A stretch of 24,000 nt of DNA, from contig JAHEPY010000002.1 in NCBI GenBank assembly GCA_019561565.1, forward strand, positions 1 to 24,000. The letters run 5' to 3'. Each line of letters begins with the position of its first letter. Positions within the stretch are counted from its first letter, which is position 1. This DNA is from Methanothermococcus sp. SCGC AD-155-M21. Its GTDB lineage: Archaea > AGJL01 > Methanococci > Methanococcales > Methanococcaceae. Made by a program: the position numbers and the translations under genes. Below, piece after piece: positions 1-9,590 of the stretch. The notes under the pieces are model-generated. The model was not told where the DNA came from and made no database searches. It saw nothing but the letters and a program-made list of their open reading frames with translations.

Positions 1-61
1 TAATTTTAAATTTTATTTTATAATGTTATTATCTTAACTCCAATGGTATTTTGGTGAGGTA

Positions 62-1072
62 ATGAAAACTTACAAAATATGTGTCATAGAAGGAGACGGC
101 GTAGGAAAAGAAGTAATTCCAGAAACTGTACAAGTTCTTGAAGAATTAGGGAATTTCCAGTTTATATATGAACATGCAGGTTATGAATGCTTTAAAAAGT
201 ATGGTAGTGCTATACCAGAGCGAACCCTAAAAAGTGCAAAGGAATGTGATGCCATATTATTTGGAGCAGTAACTACTCCAAAACCAGGAGAATTAGAAAA
301 AAAATTATATAAAAGTCCCATATTAACATTAAGAAAGGAATTGGACTTATATGCAAACATTAGGCCAATAAGCAATTTTAAAGATATTGATTTTATAATA
401 ATTAGGGAAAACACTGAGGGATTATATTCTGGTAGGGAATACTACAACCCATACACTGAAGAGGCTATTGCAGAGAGGGTTATTTCAAAAAAGGGATGCC
501 ATAGAATAATAAAATTTGCATTTGAATATGCCTTAAAGCACCATAGAAAAAAGGTATCCTGTATTCATAAGGCAAATGTTTTAAGAATAACAGATGGGTT
601 ATTTTTAAAGGTCTTTTATGAGTTAAGTGAGTATTATAGGAGATTTAATATTATTGCCGATGATTATTTAGTGGATGCCACAGCAATGTATATATTAAAA
701 AATCCTAAGATGTTTGATATAATAGTTACTACAAACCTATTTGGAGATATACTTTCTGATGAGGCCTCTGGTCTCTTGGGAGGACTTGGCTTGGCACCCT
801 CTGCAAACATAGGCAATAGTTATGGATTATTTGAACCAGTGCATGGTTCAGCCCCTGATATTGCTGGAAAGGGGGTGGTAAATCCCTTAGCATCAATACT
901 AAGTGGTGCTATGATGTTATATTACCTTGGAATGAAGGAGGAAAGTAAAATTTTAAGAAATGCTGTTAAATCAGTATTGGAAAAGGGCCATATAACTCCA
1001 GATTTAGGGGGAAAATTAAAAACCAAGGAAGTAACTAATAAAATATTGGAAGAATTAAATAAAATAATTTAA
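62..1072 (+). CDS. Isocitrate/isopropylmalate-family beta-decarboxylating dehydrogenase. It looks more like methanogen homoisocitrate dehydrogenase (AksF) than LeuB.
   Basis: 336-aa ORF. Family motifs are ICVIEGDGVGKEV, IIRENTEGLYSG, HKANVLRITDGLF, NLFGDILSDEASGLLGGLGLAPSANIG and EPVHGSAPDIAGKG. The TTPKPGE...YKSPILTLRK segment resembles AksF-type enzymes as I remember them; this was not searched. Confidence 0.85.
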   Translation: MKTYKICVIEGDGVGKEVIPETVQVLEELGNFQFIYEHAGYECFKKYGSAIPERTLKSAKECDAILFGAVTTPKPGELEKKLYKSPILTLRKELDLYANIRPISNFKDIDFIIIRENTEGLYSGREYYNPYTEEAIAERVISKKGCHRIIKFAFEYALKHHRKKVSCIHKANVLRITDGLFLKVFYELSEYYRRFNIIADDYLVDATAMYILKNPKMFDIIVTTNLFGDILSDEASGLLGGLGLAPSANIGNSYGLFEPVHGSAPDIAGKGVVNPLASILSGAMMLYYLGMKEESKILRNAVKSVLEKGHITPDLGGKLKTKEVTNKILEELNKII

Positions 1073-1176
1073 AAAAATAAAATAATAATCAATAATAAAT
1101 AAAAAAATAATAAAATAATAAAGTACGATAAAATAAAAAATAATTAAAATAAAAATAAATAATTTAAGACTTTAAA

Positions 1177-1330
1177 AATATATAATAAATAGTAATAACA
1201 TAAAAAGTAGAATTTCCATTATTATTTCCTTATACCTAACACTGAGAGAGCTGGGAATACTTTACAGGATAAATTATTAACTTCATCAGGCTAAGGTAAG
1301 GATTTATAGTATTCCTTTTGGATTATTTTT
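1177..1330. repeat. Copy A of a paralogous intergenic element (candidate small-RNA gene; strand unresolved)
   Basis: About 60 nt (1177-1234) align with 9433-9490 with few mismatches, for example agtaaNaacataaaaagta and ccattattaNttccttat. Further shared blocks are cactg, tttacaggata, ttcat and ggtaNggattta. An inverted repeat ggaatact (1254-1261) / agtattcc (1308-1315) is followed by a T-run. Confidence 0.4.
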
Positions 1331-1410
1331 ACCATATATATTTTTTTGGAATTAAAGTAAAAAAATAAGTAAAAATAAAATAATCAATTAAAAAGTAAAA
1401 TTGGGACAGT

Positions 1411-1644
1411 ATGGGAAAAATAAAATATAAAATGACATTACCTGGAAAGGAAGCCATATATAAAAGTCTAAAGGTGGATGATGTAGAGGATGGATTAATA
1501 ATAAAAACATCCTATGATTATGATTTAAAATTATTGGAGTTGTATATTGAAACTAACTCAATAGGTTCCTTAAAAAACATAATTGACGATTACTTTATTA
1601 ATTATGAAATGTCCTTAAAAATAATGGAATTTATAAAAAATTAA
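1411..1644 (+). CDS. Small protein, probably KEOPS subunit Pcc1-like
   Basis: 77-aa ORF. Its size and C-terminal helix (SIGSLKNIIDDYFINYEMSLKIMEFI) resemble the archaeal Pcc1/CTAG family. Recognition is by eye only. Confidence 0.45.
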   Translation: MGKIKYKMTLPGKEAIYKSLKVDDVEDGLIIKTSYDYDLKLLELYIETNSIGSLKNIIDDYFINYEMSLKIMEFIKN

Positions 1645-1663
1645 AGTTATTTAAAGGGGATGA

Positions 1664-2227
1664 TTGGTGAATTTAAAGGAAATTATATCATATTTTAAAA
1701 TGGAAAATTTTGATATAAGGTATGTGATAAGGGGCCTTATTGATGGATCATTATCCTCCCTTGGGGTTATAATAGGTGCCAGTGGAGGAGAGGTTTCCAT
1801 AATCATTGCAGCAGGTATAGGTGGCGGTGTAGCCAATGGTATATCCAATATATTAGGGGCATTAACTGCTGAAAGGGCTATTTTAGAAAGTATAAGGGCC
1901 TCTCAGGAAAAGGTTCTTTTAAGGAAAGAGGGTTCTTTAAAATCCTCTACAACATATAAGGATGCCCTTAATAAAACTACTGTAAGTGGTATATGGGATG
2001 GATTATCCACTATTTTTGGGTCCATTATTCCAATAACTCCCTTTTTATTCTTACCTAAGGATTTAGCAATATATTCTGCAATTATTATTACTATGGCCAT
2101 ATTATTTATCCTTGGTATATTTATAGGTAAAATGTCCAGGGAAAATATACTGATATCAGGGATTAAAATGGCATTGATTGGATTAATTGTGGCATTAATT
2201 AGTTTTGCAATTGAAAATATGTTGTAG
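1664..2227 (+). CDS. VIT1/CCC1-like integral membrane protein
   Basis: 187-aa ORF with a TTG start just after aaagggga; an alternative ATG lies at 1700. It has the motif RGLIDGSLSSLGVIIGASGG and hydrophobic helices at the centre and C-terminus, as in VIT-family proteins. Confidence 0.5.
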   Translation: MVNLKEIISYFKMENFDIRYVIRGLIDGSLSSLGVIIGASGGEVSIIIAAGIGGGVANGISNILGALTAERAILESIRASQEKVLLRKEGSLKSSTTYKDALNKTTVSGIWDGLSTIFGSIIPITPFLFLPKDLAIYSAIIITMAILFILGIFIGKMSRENILISGIKMALIGLIVALISFAIENML

Positions 2228-2240
2228 GATTTGTGGAATT

Positions 2241-2723
2241 ATGGAAAGTAGGGAACTATTTAATTTATTAAAAAATATGGCTAAGGAATTTAGCATATAT
2301 GATTTAATGGATGTAAGGGCCTTTTTGGAGAGGGATATGCAATATCTACCAAAGGACTATAGAGAGCCCTATCTTAAAAACCAGATAATGCACTTTGTAA
2401 ATGTATTGAATGAAATAAGGAAAAAAGAAGAATGTAATATTGAGAATTTTGAAATTAAAGATATTAATTTAGAGAAATTATTTAATAGAATAGAAAAATT
2501 TAAATGTGGTATAAAAGGGGAGGATTCTTTTATTAAACTATCCAAGATTGTAGTTCCATATTTGATATTTATTGCAAAAAAGCCATTACATCCTGTTGGA
2601 ACAAGATTTCCAGGGGGAAAATCCATAGTTAAAAAAAATAATAAATACCTCTGCCCTGTTAAAAATAAACAGAAAAATGAATATTCCTTATGTGAGTTTT
2701 GTATATGTGAGGGTATGGAATAA
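2241..2723 (+). CDS. Conserved archaeal hypothetical protein with a C-terminal Cys cluster (possibly UPF0305/DUF2115-like)
   Basis: The ORF-track start at 2205 overlaps the upstream gene. The first ATG at 2241 (MESRELF...) is more plausible. The Cys pattern CPV...CEFCIC at the C-terminus suggests a metal site. Family recall is unverified. Confidence 0.5.
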   Translation: MESRELFNLLKNMAKEFSIYDLMDVRAFLERDMQYLPKDYREPYLKNQIMHFVNVLNEIRKKEECNIENFEIKDINLEKLFNRIEKFKCGIKGEDSFIKLSKIVVPYLIFIAKKPLHPVGTRFPGGKSIVKKNNKYLCPVKNKQKNEYSLCEFCICEGME

Positions 2724-2897
2724 CATTAAAAATAAAAATTAATTAAATTATTTAAATCATTTAAAATTATTTAAGATTAATAAAACTGTTAAATTATTAA
2801 AATTATTAAAAAATTTTTTTATTTTTTTAAAGTATTATAATTGGTATATTCTAAAATGAATTATATTTTAATTTATACGTAAATAACTTGGGATACT

Positions 2898-3698
2898 ATG
2901 GAGAATATGTATATAATGAAGGTAGCCTATGATGGACGCCATAGGGGATTCCAATCCCAGCCCCATGGCAATACAGTATGTGATTACATTATGGATGCAT
3001 TGATGGAATGTGATTACTCAGATGATAAAAATAGCATAGTATTCCATGGTGGAAGAACTGACAAAGGAGTCTCTGCAACTGGAAACTTTGTAATCGCTAA
3101 GTTAAAGAGGGAGCCCAATCTACCACATATTTACTCTAAATTAAAAAATAAAGGCATTTGGATAGTAGGGTATAAAAAAATAGATGAAATACCTAAGATA
3201 GAATATAGACATTACAGATATATTCTACCAAAATTATATGGTTTTAATTATGATATTGATCTAATGATTCAATGCTCCAAAAGACTTATTGGAACCCATT
3301 CTTTTCATAATTTATCCAAAAGAGATAGAACCAAAAAAAAGAGTTCAATTAGGACAGTATATGATATAAAGATTAATAATTATGATCATTGCTTTATAAT
3401 AGATATTATTGGAAAAAGTTTTTTATGGAACATGGTACGAAAAATAATAAAAGTTCTTTCGGAAGTTGGAATGGGTAATAAACCTTTAAATTGGGTAGAT
3501 AACCTTTTGGATAAAAACCATAAAGAGGGAGTACCTCCTGTACCTCCTGAGGGTCTTATATTGGTAGAATCTAAGACAAATATTGATTATATTTATAGTT
3601 CCTATGTAGTAAATAGGTATAAAAGAGAATGGATGGAAGAATACCTTAAAAGAGTTATGAAATTTGAAGTATGTAAAAATATGATAGAATTAATATAA
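2898..3698 (+). CDS. truA: tRNA pseudouridine synthase A (TruA/Pus1 family)
   Basis: The start VAYDGRHRGFQSQP and the catalytic-Asp motif GGRTDKGVSATGN match the family. The 266-aa length is archaeal-sized. Alternative starts lie at 2910 and 2919. Confidence 0.85.
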   Translation: MENMYIMKVAYDGRHRGFQSQPHGNTVCDYIMDALMECDYSDDKNSIVFHGGRTDKGVSATGNFVIAKLKREPNLPHIYSKLKNKGIWIVGYKKIDEIPKIEYRHYRYILPKLYGFNYDIDLMIQCSKRLIGTHSFHNLSKRDRTKKKSSIRTVYDIKINNYDHCFIIDIIGKSFLWNMVRKIIKVLSEVGMGNKPLNWVDNLLDKNHKEGVPPVPPEGLILVESKTNIDYIYSSYVVNRYKREWMEEYLKRVMKFEVCKNMIELI

Positions 3699-3788
3699 AA
3701 AAATTAAAAAAATAAAAATAAATAAAAAGTATATGGTTGTATAAAATGGTATAAAATAAAATAGAGATATAAAATGAGATGATAATAT

Positions 3789-4511
3789 ATGGAATCTCCC
3801 ATGTATATAACTTCAATAGGCATAGATATATCTTCAAATGATGTAAGGACCAGTAGTAATATAATTAAAAAAATAAATAAAGAATTACCCTTAATTGTTC
3901 CCAATGGAATAAAATCAGTATTATCCAATATTACAGGGGATGATATTGTAATCACATCCCTTGTGCCAGAGGAGTTAATTGCAGAAAATAATGCCTCCAT
4001 ATTATCATTATTAAAAAAACATGCCGAGGGATTTGATGACTTAAATGGAATATCTAAAAATCCCAAGGAGGCAAGAGCAGGAATATCCTATGCTATGGCA
4101 AAGGCAGGTTCTAATTATGGGGATTCAATTATAGTGTCCTTTGATACCTATGGGGGGGAAGATATTGTCGATGAAATGGCCCTTTTTGTTGAGGATATTG
4201 GAAAAAAATATGGATTTGATGTGGGTTCCAGTGTAAGTGAATATCCAAAGGAAATACCTGGAATAGGGTACTCTGGAATAGATACTGATGATCCTGTTGT
4301 GGTTATTACCTTTAAGGAGTTGAAGGACCTTCCTAAGTTAGCAGGTTTAATATTTGGGGGATTATTAAGTTTTAATAACCTATACTTTGTTAAATGTGGG
4401 TCTGCTACTGATATATTGCCTCCTGGGGTAATATATACCATGAGTGCCTTTTTAAATGGGAATGTAATAGATTTATATCCTGGTATAATCAAAAGGTATA
4501 ATATAATTTAA
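3789..4511 (+). CDS. Hypothetical protein (no family recognised)
   Basis: 240-aa ORF with ordinary globular composition. It fills the gap between truA and ilvB on the common coding strand. Confidence 0.6.
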   Translation: MESPMYITSIGIDISSNDVRTSSNIIKKINKELPLIVPNGIKSVLSNITGDDIVITSLVPEELIAENNASILSLLKKHAEGFDDLNGISKNPKEARAGISYAMAKAGSNYGDSIIVSFDTYGGEDIVDEMALFVEDIGKKYGFDVGSSVSEYPKEIPGIGYSGIDTDDPVVVITFKELKDLPKLAGLIFGGLLSFNNLYFVKCGSATDILPPGVIYTMSAFLNGNVIDLYPGIIKRYNII

Positions 4512-4707
4512 AATTCTTAAAGATTATTAATTAATTATTAAAGTTATAAGTTATTAAGATTTTTATAGTATTTATATTTATAAAGTAAGGAATATTTAAA
4601 AAATTTATATTTTATTTATTAATTTTGTTTATCAAAATCTTTTTATTAAATATATTTATTAGATCTTTTTATTAAAATTTTATTTATATTTTAAAATTGG
4701 TGATTTT

Positions 4708-6546
4708 ATGAAAGGAGCGGAGGCCGTAATAAAAGCATTGGAGTATGAAAAAGTAGATGTTATATTTGGATATCCTGGAGGAGCCCTATTGCCATTCTAT
4801 GATGCCCTGTATGATAGTGATCTTATACACATACTTACAAGGCATGAACAGGGAGCAGCCCATGCAGCAGATGGATATGCAAGAGCCAGTGGAAAGGTTG
4901 GAGTATGTGTTGCAACCTCTGGACCTGGTGCTACCAATCTTGTAACAGGCGTGGCCACAGCCCATGCTGATTCCTCTCCCATAGTGGCAATTACAGGACA
5001 GGTGCCCACTAAATTAATAGGTAATGATGCCTTTCAGGAGATAGATGCCTTAGGATTATTTATGCCAATTGTAAAGCACAATTTTCAACTTAGGAGTGCT
5101 AAGGAAATACCTGAAACCATCAGATCTGCATTTAATATAGCAAAAACAGGGAGACCTGGACCTGTGCATATTGATTTACCTAAGGATGTGCAAGAGGAAG
5201 AATTAGATTTGGATAAATATCCAATACCTGCAAAGGTGGAGTTGCCAGGTTATAAGCCTACAAAGATGGGACATCCAAAACAGATTAAATTAGCCTCATC
5301 CCATATATCTAAAGCCGAGCGCCCTGTAATCATAGCCGGTGGCGGTGTAAATATAGCAAATGCCACCTCAGAACTTATGCAACTTGCAGAATTATACAGT
5401 ATCCCAGTATGTACCACACTTATGGGAAAGGGTTCCTTTCCAGAGGATCATCCATTGGCTCTTGGAATGGTGGGCATGCATGGAACCAAACCTGCAAACT
5501 ATGCTGTTTCTGAAAGTGATTTGTTAATAGCCATAGGATGTAGATTTTCAGATAGAATAACTGGAGATATTAATAGTTTTGCCTCCCATGCAAAAATTAT
5601 ACATATTGATATAGATCCTGCAGAAATTGGGAAAAATGTTAGGGTAGATGTTCCCATTGTTGGTGATGCAAAACTTATATTAAATAATATTGTATCTCAT
5701 CTAATTAAAATGAATATGAATAATAATAATGCAAATAGGGAGTGGATAGAATATCTACAATCCTTAAAGAAATCCTGTACTCCTAAGATGGATTATAGTG
5801 ATGTACCTATAAAGCCTCAAAGAATAGTTAAGGGGCTAATGAATGTTATAAGGGAATTAAACATAGAGAAAAGATCCATAATAACCACAGATGTTGGACA
5901 GAACCAAATGTGGATGGCACATTACTTTAAAACCCATTTTCCAAGGTCTTTCCTATCCTCTGGGGGATTGGGAACCATGGGCTTTGGATTTCCCTCTGCA
6001 ATAGGTGCCAAGATAGCAAAACCTGATTTTAAGGTAATATCTATTACTGGGGATGGGGGCTTTATGATGAATATTCAAGAATTGGGAACCATTGCAGATT
6101 ATAATATACCTGTTGTAATATGTTTATTTGATAATAGGACCCTTGGAATGGTATATCAGTGGCAGAACATATTCTATGGAAAGAGACAGTGTAGTGTTAA
6201 TTTTGGAGAGACTCCTGATTTCGTAAAGGTTGCAGAGGGTTATGGAATAAATGCCCTAAGGATAACAAATCCTGAAGAAATAGAGGAATGCCTTAAAGAG
6301 GCCCTACTTAGTGATAAGCCCTATTTACTTGACTTTGCCATAGATCCATCTGAGGCATTATCCATGGTGCCTCCAGGGGGTAAATTAAAAAATATAATAG
6401 ATCCCATTACTGAGCATCCTAATGAAAAAGTTATATGCTTTGATGAAATAAAAAGGAGATTCTTGGAAAAAGACAGTAATAAAAATGAAGATACTCTATC
6501 GGAGGAATTATCTGAATCTGAGAAGGATGAGGGTATAAAGGTGTAG
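4708..6546 (+). CDS. ilvB: Acetolactate synthase (AHAS) large subunit, TPP-dependent
   Basis: Motifs are GYPGGALLPFYDAL, HEQGAAHAADGYARASGKVGVCVATSGPGATN and the TPP motif GGLGTMGFGFPSAIGAK...ITGDGGFMMN. The small subunit follows directly. It ends in an acidic, Ser-rich C-terminal tail. Confidence 0.93.
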   Translation: MKGAEAVIKALEYEKVDVIFGYPGGALLPFYDALYDSDLIHILTRHEQGAAHAADGYARASGKVGVCVATSGPGATNLVTGVATAHADSSPIVAITGQVPTKLIGNDAFQEIDALGLFMPIVKHNFQLRSAKEIPETIRSAFNIAKTGRPGPVHIDLPKDVQEEELDLDKYPIPAKVELPGYKPTKMGHPKQIKLASSHISKAERPVIIAGGGVNIANATSELMQLAELYSIPVCTTLMGKGSFPEDHPLALGMVGMHGTKPANYAVSESDLLIAIGCRFSDRITGDINSFASHAKIIHIDIDPAEIGKNVRVDVPIVGDAKLILNNIVSHLIKMNMNNNNANREWIEYLQSLKKSCTPKMDYSDVPIKPQRIVKGLMNVIRELNIEKRSIITTDVGQNQMWMAHYFKTHFPRSFLSSGGLGTMGFGFPSAIGAKIAKPDFKVISITGDGGFMMNIQELGTIADYNIPVVICLFDNRTLGMVYQWQNIFYGKRQCSVNFGETPDFVKVAEGYGINALRITNPEEIEECLKEALLSDKPYLLDFAIDPSEALSMVPPGGKLKNIIDPITEHPNEKVICFDEIKRRFLEKDSNKNEDTLSEELSESEKDEGIKV

Positions 6547-6719
6547 TTTTAGGAATATATAAAAAAATAATATTATTATAAAAATAAAAATTAAAAAAAT
6601 TAGAATTAATAAAAAAATAAAAGAATTATTAAAATAAAAAATAAAATAATTAATTTAATTTATTCAATTTAGGGCATTATTCCATAGGAACATGCCACAA
6701 TATAAAATCTGGTGGTTTT

Positions 6720-7268
6720 ATGGAATCTATAAAATCAGAAAAAAAGGAAAAAAATAATGAAACCCATACTCATATAATATCTGTGTTGGTATTGAACAAT
6801 CCAGGAGTATTGCAGAGAATTGCAGGACTTTTTACAAGAAGAGGCTATAACATCAGTAGTATTACAGTTGGCTCTACTGAATCTCCAAACCTGGCAAGAA
6901 TGACCATAGTAGTCAAAGGAAATGATAAGATTCTTGAACAGGTGGTAAAACAACTTAATAAACTTATAGAAGTTATTAAAGTAAGTGATTTAAGTGTTAA
7001 TAAGTGTGTAAAAAGGGAACTTTGCCTTATAAAAATCCATGCTCCAAATGAAAGTAGTAAATCCCAGATAATACAATATACCAACGTATTTAGGGGAAAA
7101 ATTGTGGATCTAAGTCAGGAGTCTTTAACAGTGGAAATAACTGGAAATAGTGATAAAATAAATGCATTTGTGGATTTAGTTAGAAACTTTGGGATTAAGG
7201 AGATGGCCCGTACTGGTTTAACAGCCCTTATGAGAGGTCCCAAGATATTAAAATCAAAAAAATCTTAG
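6720..7268 (+). CDS. ilvN: Acetolactate synthase small (regulatory) subunit, ACT domain
   Basis: [34 protein letters not shown] is the typical AHAS small-subunit ACT start. The gene lies immediately downstream of ilvB. Confidence 0.9.
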   Translation: MESIKSEKKEKNNETHTHIISVLVLNNPGVLQRIAGLFTRRGYNISSITVGSTESPNLARMTIVVKGNDKILEQVVKQLNKLIEVIKVSDLSVNKCVKRELCLIKIHAPNESSKSQIIQYTNVFRGKIVDLSQESLTVEITGNSDKINAFVDLVRNFGIKEMARTGLTALMRGPKILKSKKS

Positions 7269-7314
7269 GTTATTAATTTTTAATGAATAATAATATATAA
7301 TTTTCGGTGAAATA

Positions 7315-9312
7315 ATGAAGTTCAATTTAAAAGGAAAAATAATATTCAGTAGGGAGATAAGTGAGGATATTAAAAAGGATATAGAAGAAGTATTGAAAAA
7401 CAGTAGAGACATTTTCCTAAAGGGAGTGCCAAAGGGAAAGGAGGATGAGGCCGCTAAAATAATAGATTATGATTTTCAAGGAAATGAACTTTTATTACAC
7501 ATAGATTCAGGTACTTATGCCAGGGCCCATGAGGCCATTATAAGGTTGAAGAAGCCCATTATTGAGAAGATTGGGAAGAAACATAAGATAGGTATTAGAG
7601 GTATCCTCATTGAGAACTATGATATCAACATACCTGTAGGATATAATATAGTAATGAGTATGAACTTACAAGAAATAGAATCACTATCTAAGAAATTACA
7701 AGAATTACCACTTATGAAATTACGAGAAATGAAATTGCAAGAATTACCACTTATGAAATTACGAGAAATGAAATTACCGGATATGAAATTGCAAGAAATA
7801 GAATCGCAATATAAGAAATTACGAGAAATGAAATTACCGGATATGAAATTGCAAGAAATAATATCACAATATAAGAAATTACAAGAAATAGAATTACTAT
7901 ATAAGAAATTACAAGAAATAGAATCACTATCTAAGAAATTACAAGAAATAGAATCACTATCTAAGAAATTACAAGAAATAGAATCGCAATATAAGAAATT
8001 ACAAGAAATAGAATCACTATCTAAGAAATTACAAGAAATAGAATCGCAATATAAGAAATTACAAGAAATAGAATCGCAATATAAGAAATTACAAGAAATA
8101 GAATCGCAATATAAGAAATTACAAGATACGAAGGTACAGGATACAGAAGCACTAGAATTAAAATTTACATTCGGTGATATATGTGAGAGAGAACTTAAAA
8201 GAAATATCATAGACCGGACCATAAAGTTTGTAAAAACCCATTTAGAGTCAGAAAAGGAAAAGGATTTAACCTTTGATGTTTGTGCCATAGAACCAGGTAC
8301 CATAGTAAGTGAATACAAAAGAAAAAGAGCTATTACATTTAAGGAGGATCCAACAGATGTTGCAGAGAAACTTGGATGGGTTAGAAGGTTCATAGGAAAA
8401 GGACAGTGGTTTTACACTCCTCCAATGACAAAGTTATTTAGAACCTTTGAGGAACTTATAATGGAGGAGTGTATTGATAAAATAGGATTTGATGAATGCC
8501 TATTCCCTAAGTTGATACCTCTGGAGGTTATGTATAAAATGAGATATTTGGAGGGACTTCCTGAGGGCATGTATTATGTATGTCCTCCAAAAAGGGATCC
8601 TCTAATGTTTGAGGAATTTGTAAATGAAATGATGATAAAGAAGGAAATACCCATTGAAAAATTAAGGGGCCTATTGAGGGATCCAGGATATGTATTGGCT
8701 CCTGCCCAGTGTGAGCCATTCTATCAATTCTTTGATCATCAGTTGATTGATGTAGATAAACCTATAAAATTTGTGGATAAAAGTGGTTGGACCTATAGAT
8801 GGGAAGGAGGAGGAGCAAAGGGGCTTGATAGGGTTAATGAATTTTTAAGGATAGAGTGCGTAGAAATGGGAAGTCCAGAGTTTGTTGAAAGGGTTAGGGA
8901 TGATACCTTAAAATATGCAGAAAAACTTGCTGAAAAACTTGATTTAGAATATTGGACTGAGGTTGGAGATGATCCCTTTTATTTGGAAGGTAGAAAAAAG
9001 GAAGATAGAAACATAGAGTTCCCAGAGGTACCTAAGTACGAAATGAGATTATGGCTACCTCACATAAAGGATGAAAGAAAAGGAGTTGCAGTAACCTCTG
9101 CAAATGTCCATGGAACCCATTTTGTTGAAGGTTTTGGCATAAAGGACTATAGGGGGAGAAAGGTTTGGAGTGGTTGCACTGGTTATGGTATTAGTAGATG
9201 GGTAGTGGGATTCTTGGCCCAGTATGGATTTAATTACGATGATTGGCCAGAGATGATAAAGAAAAAAATTAAGAAACTACCAGAAATTCCAAAGGTAATT
9301 AATTGGCCTTAA
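7315..9312 (+). CDS. serS: Seryl-tRNA synthetase, methanogen type, carrying a ~150-aa repeat insertion
   Basis: It aligns by eye with methanogen-type SerRS through [64 protein letters not shown] and [20 protein letters not shown]. The 665-aa length is well above the roughly 500-520 aa I recall for this family. Confidence 0.9.
   Translation: MKFNLKGKIIFSREISEDIKKDIEEVLKNSRDIFLKGVPKGKEDEAAKIIDYDFQGNELLLHIDSGTYARAHEAIIRLKKPIIEKIGKKHKIGIRGILIENYDINIPVGYNIVMSMNLQEIESLSKKLQELPLMKLREMKLQELPLMKLREMKLPDMKLQEIESQYKKLREMKLPDMKLQEIISQYKKLQEIELLYKKLQEIESLSKKLQEIESLSKKLQEIESQYKKLQEIESLSKKLQEIESQYKKLQEIESQYKKLQEIESQYKKLQDTKVQDTEALELKFTFGDICERELKRNIIDRTIKFVKTHLESEKEKDLTFDVCAIEPGTIVSEYKRKRAITFKEDPTDVAEKLGWVRRFIGKGQWFYTPPMTKLFRTFEELIMEECIDKIGFDECLFPKLIPLEVMYKMRYLEGLPEGMYYVCPPKRDPLMFEEFVNEMMIKKEIPIEKLRGLLRDPGYVLAPAQCEPFYQFFDHQLIDVDKPIKFVDKSGWTYRWEGGGAKGLDRVNEFLRIECVEMGSPEFVERVRDDTLKYAEKLAEKLDLEYWTEVGDDPFYLEGRKKEDRNIEFPEVPKYEMRLWLPHIKDERKGVAVTSANVHGTHFVEGFGIKDYRGRKVWSGCTGYGISRWVVGFLAQYGFNYDDWPEMIKKKIKKLPEIPKVINWP
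7663..8126 (+). repeat. In-frame tandem repeat inside serS, built from 30-, 24- and 15-nt modules that all begin AAATT(A/G)
   Basis: There are near-identical 30-nt units, aaattacaagaaatagaatcactatctaag and ...tcgcaatataag ([10 protein letters not shown] / [10 protein letters not shown]). Shorter modules [13 protein letters not shown] and KLPDM are interspersed. This is seen directly in the sequence. Confidence 0.95.
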
Positions 9313-9432
9313 ATAATGACTTAAAAAAAAATTATAAAAAATAAAATAATAATTAAAAATAGATATAAAAATAAAATTATAAAAAATAAGATTTTGAATA
9401 ATAAAGGAATAAAAACATAAAAATAAATTAAA

Positions 9433-9590
9433 ATACCTATAAATTAGTAAAAACATAAAAAGTAAAAGTCCCATTATTAATTCCTTATGCTCCCAAGCAC
9501 TGGAAAAAGGATAAAACCCTTTTACAGGATATCTTATGGAAGTTCATATTGATACGGTAGGGATTTAAAGCATCTTTTTATTGATGTTTT
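9433..9590. repeat. Copy B of the paralogous intergenic element (candidate small-RNA gene; strand unresolved)
   Basis: It shares the 5' block and internal blocks with 1177-1330 (see copy A). An internal hairpin aaaagg-ataaaac-cctttt lies at about 9505-9523. The T-run ctttttatt lies near 9575-9583. A perfect tttatata box on the - strand lies at 9620-9627. Confidence 0.4.

Noticed and set aside
1281-1290. UGAUGA (box C) on the minus strand of intergenic element A, suggesting a C/D box sRNA
   Set aside because: There is no matching D box at the proper distance, and the motif is absent from the equivalent position of copy B.
2205-2240. N-terminal extension MQLKICCRICGI of the 2205 ORF, overlapping the end of the VIT-like gene
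   Set aside because: It relies on a non-ATG start inside the upstream gene. The ATG at 2241 gives a plausible N-terminus without overlap.
3704-4066. 120-aa minus-strand ORF (and a similar one at 18977-19387)
   Set aside because: It is low-complexity and Phe/Ile/Leu-rich, lies antisense to well-supported + strand genes, and extends into an AT-rich spacer. This is typical of spurious ORFs in AT-rich DNA.
4757-5009. Short overlapping ORFs in alternative frames within ilvB
   Set aside because: They are embedded in the strongly conserved TPP-enzyme reading frame, with no start context or homology.
6661-6719. Small hairpin ggcat-N16-atgcc between ilvB and ilvN, a possible attenuator
   Set aside because: It is a 5-bp stem only, with no leader peptide or T-run context. 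It is not distinguishable from chance.
7617-8393. 258-aa antisense ORF opposite serS (repetitive [10 protein letters not shown]...)
   Set aside because: It is an artefact of the stop-free reverse complement of the tandem repeat. The sense strand encodes a clearly homologous SerRS.
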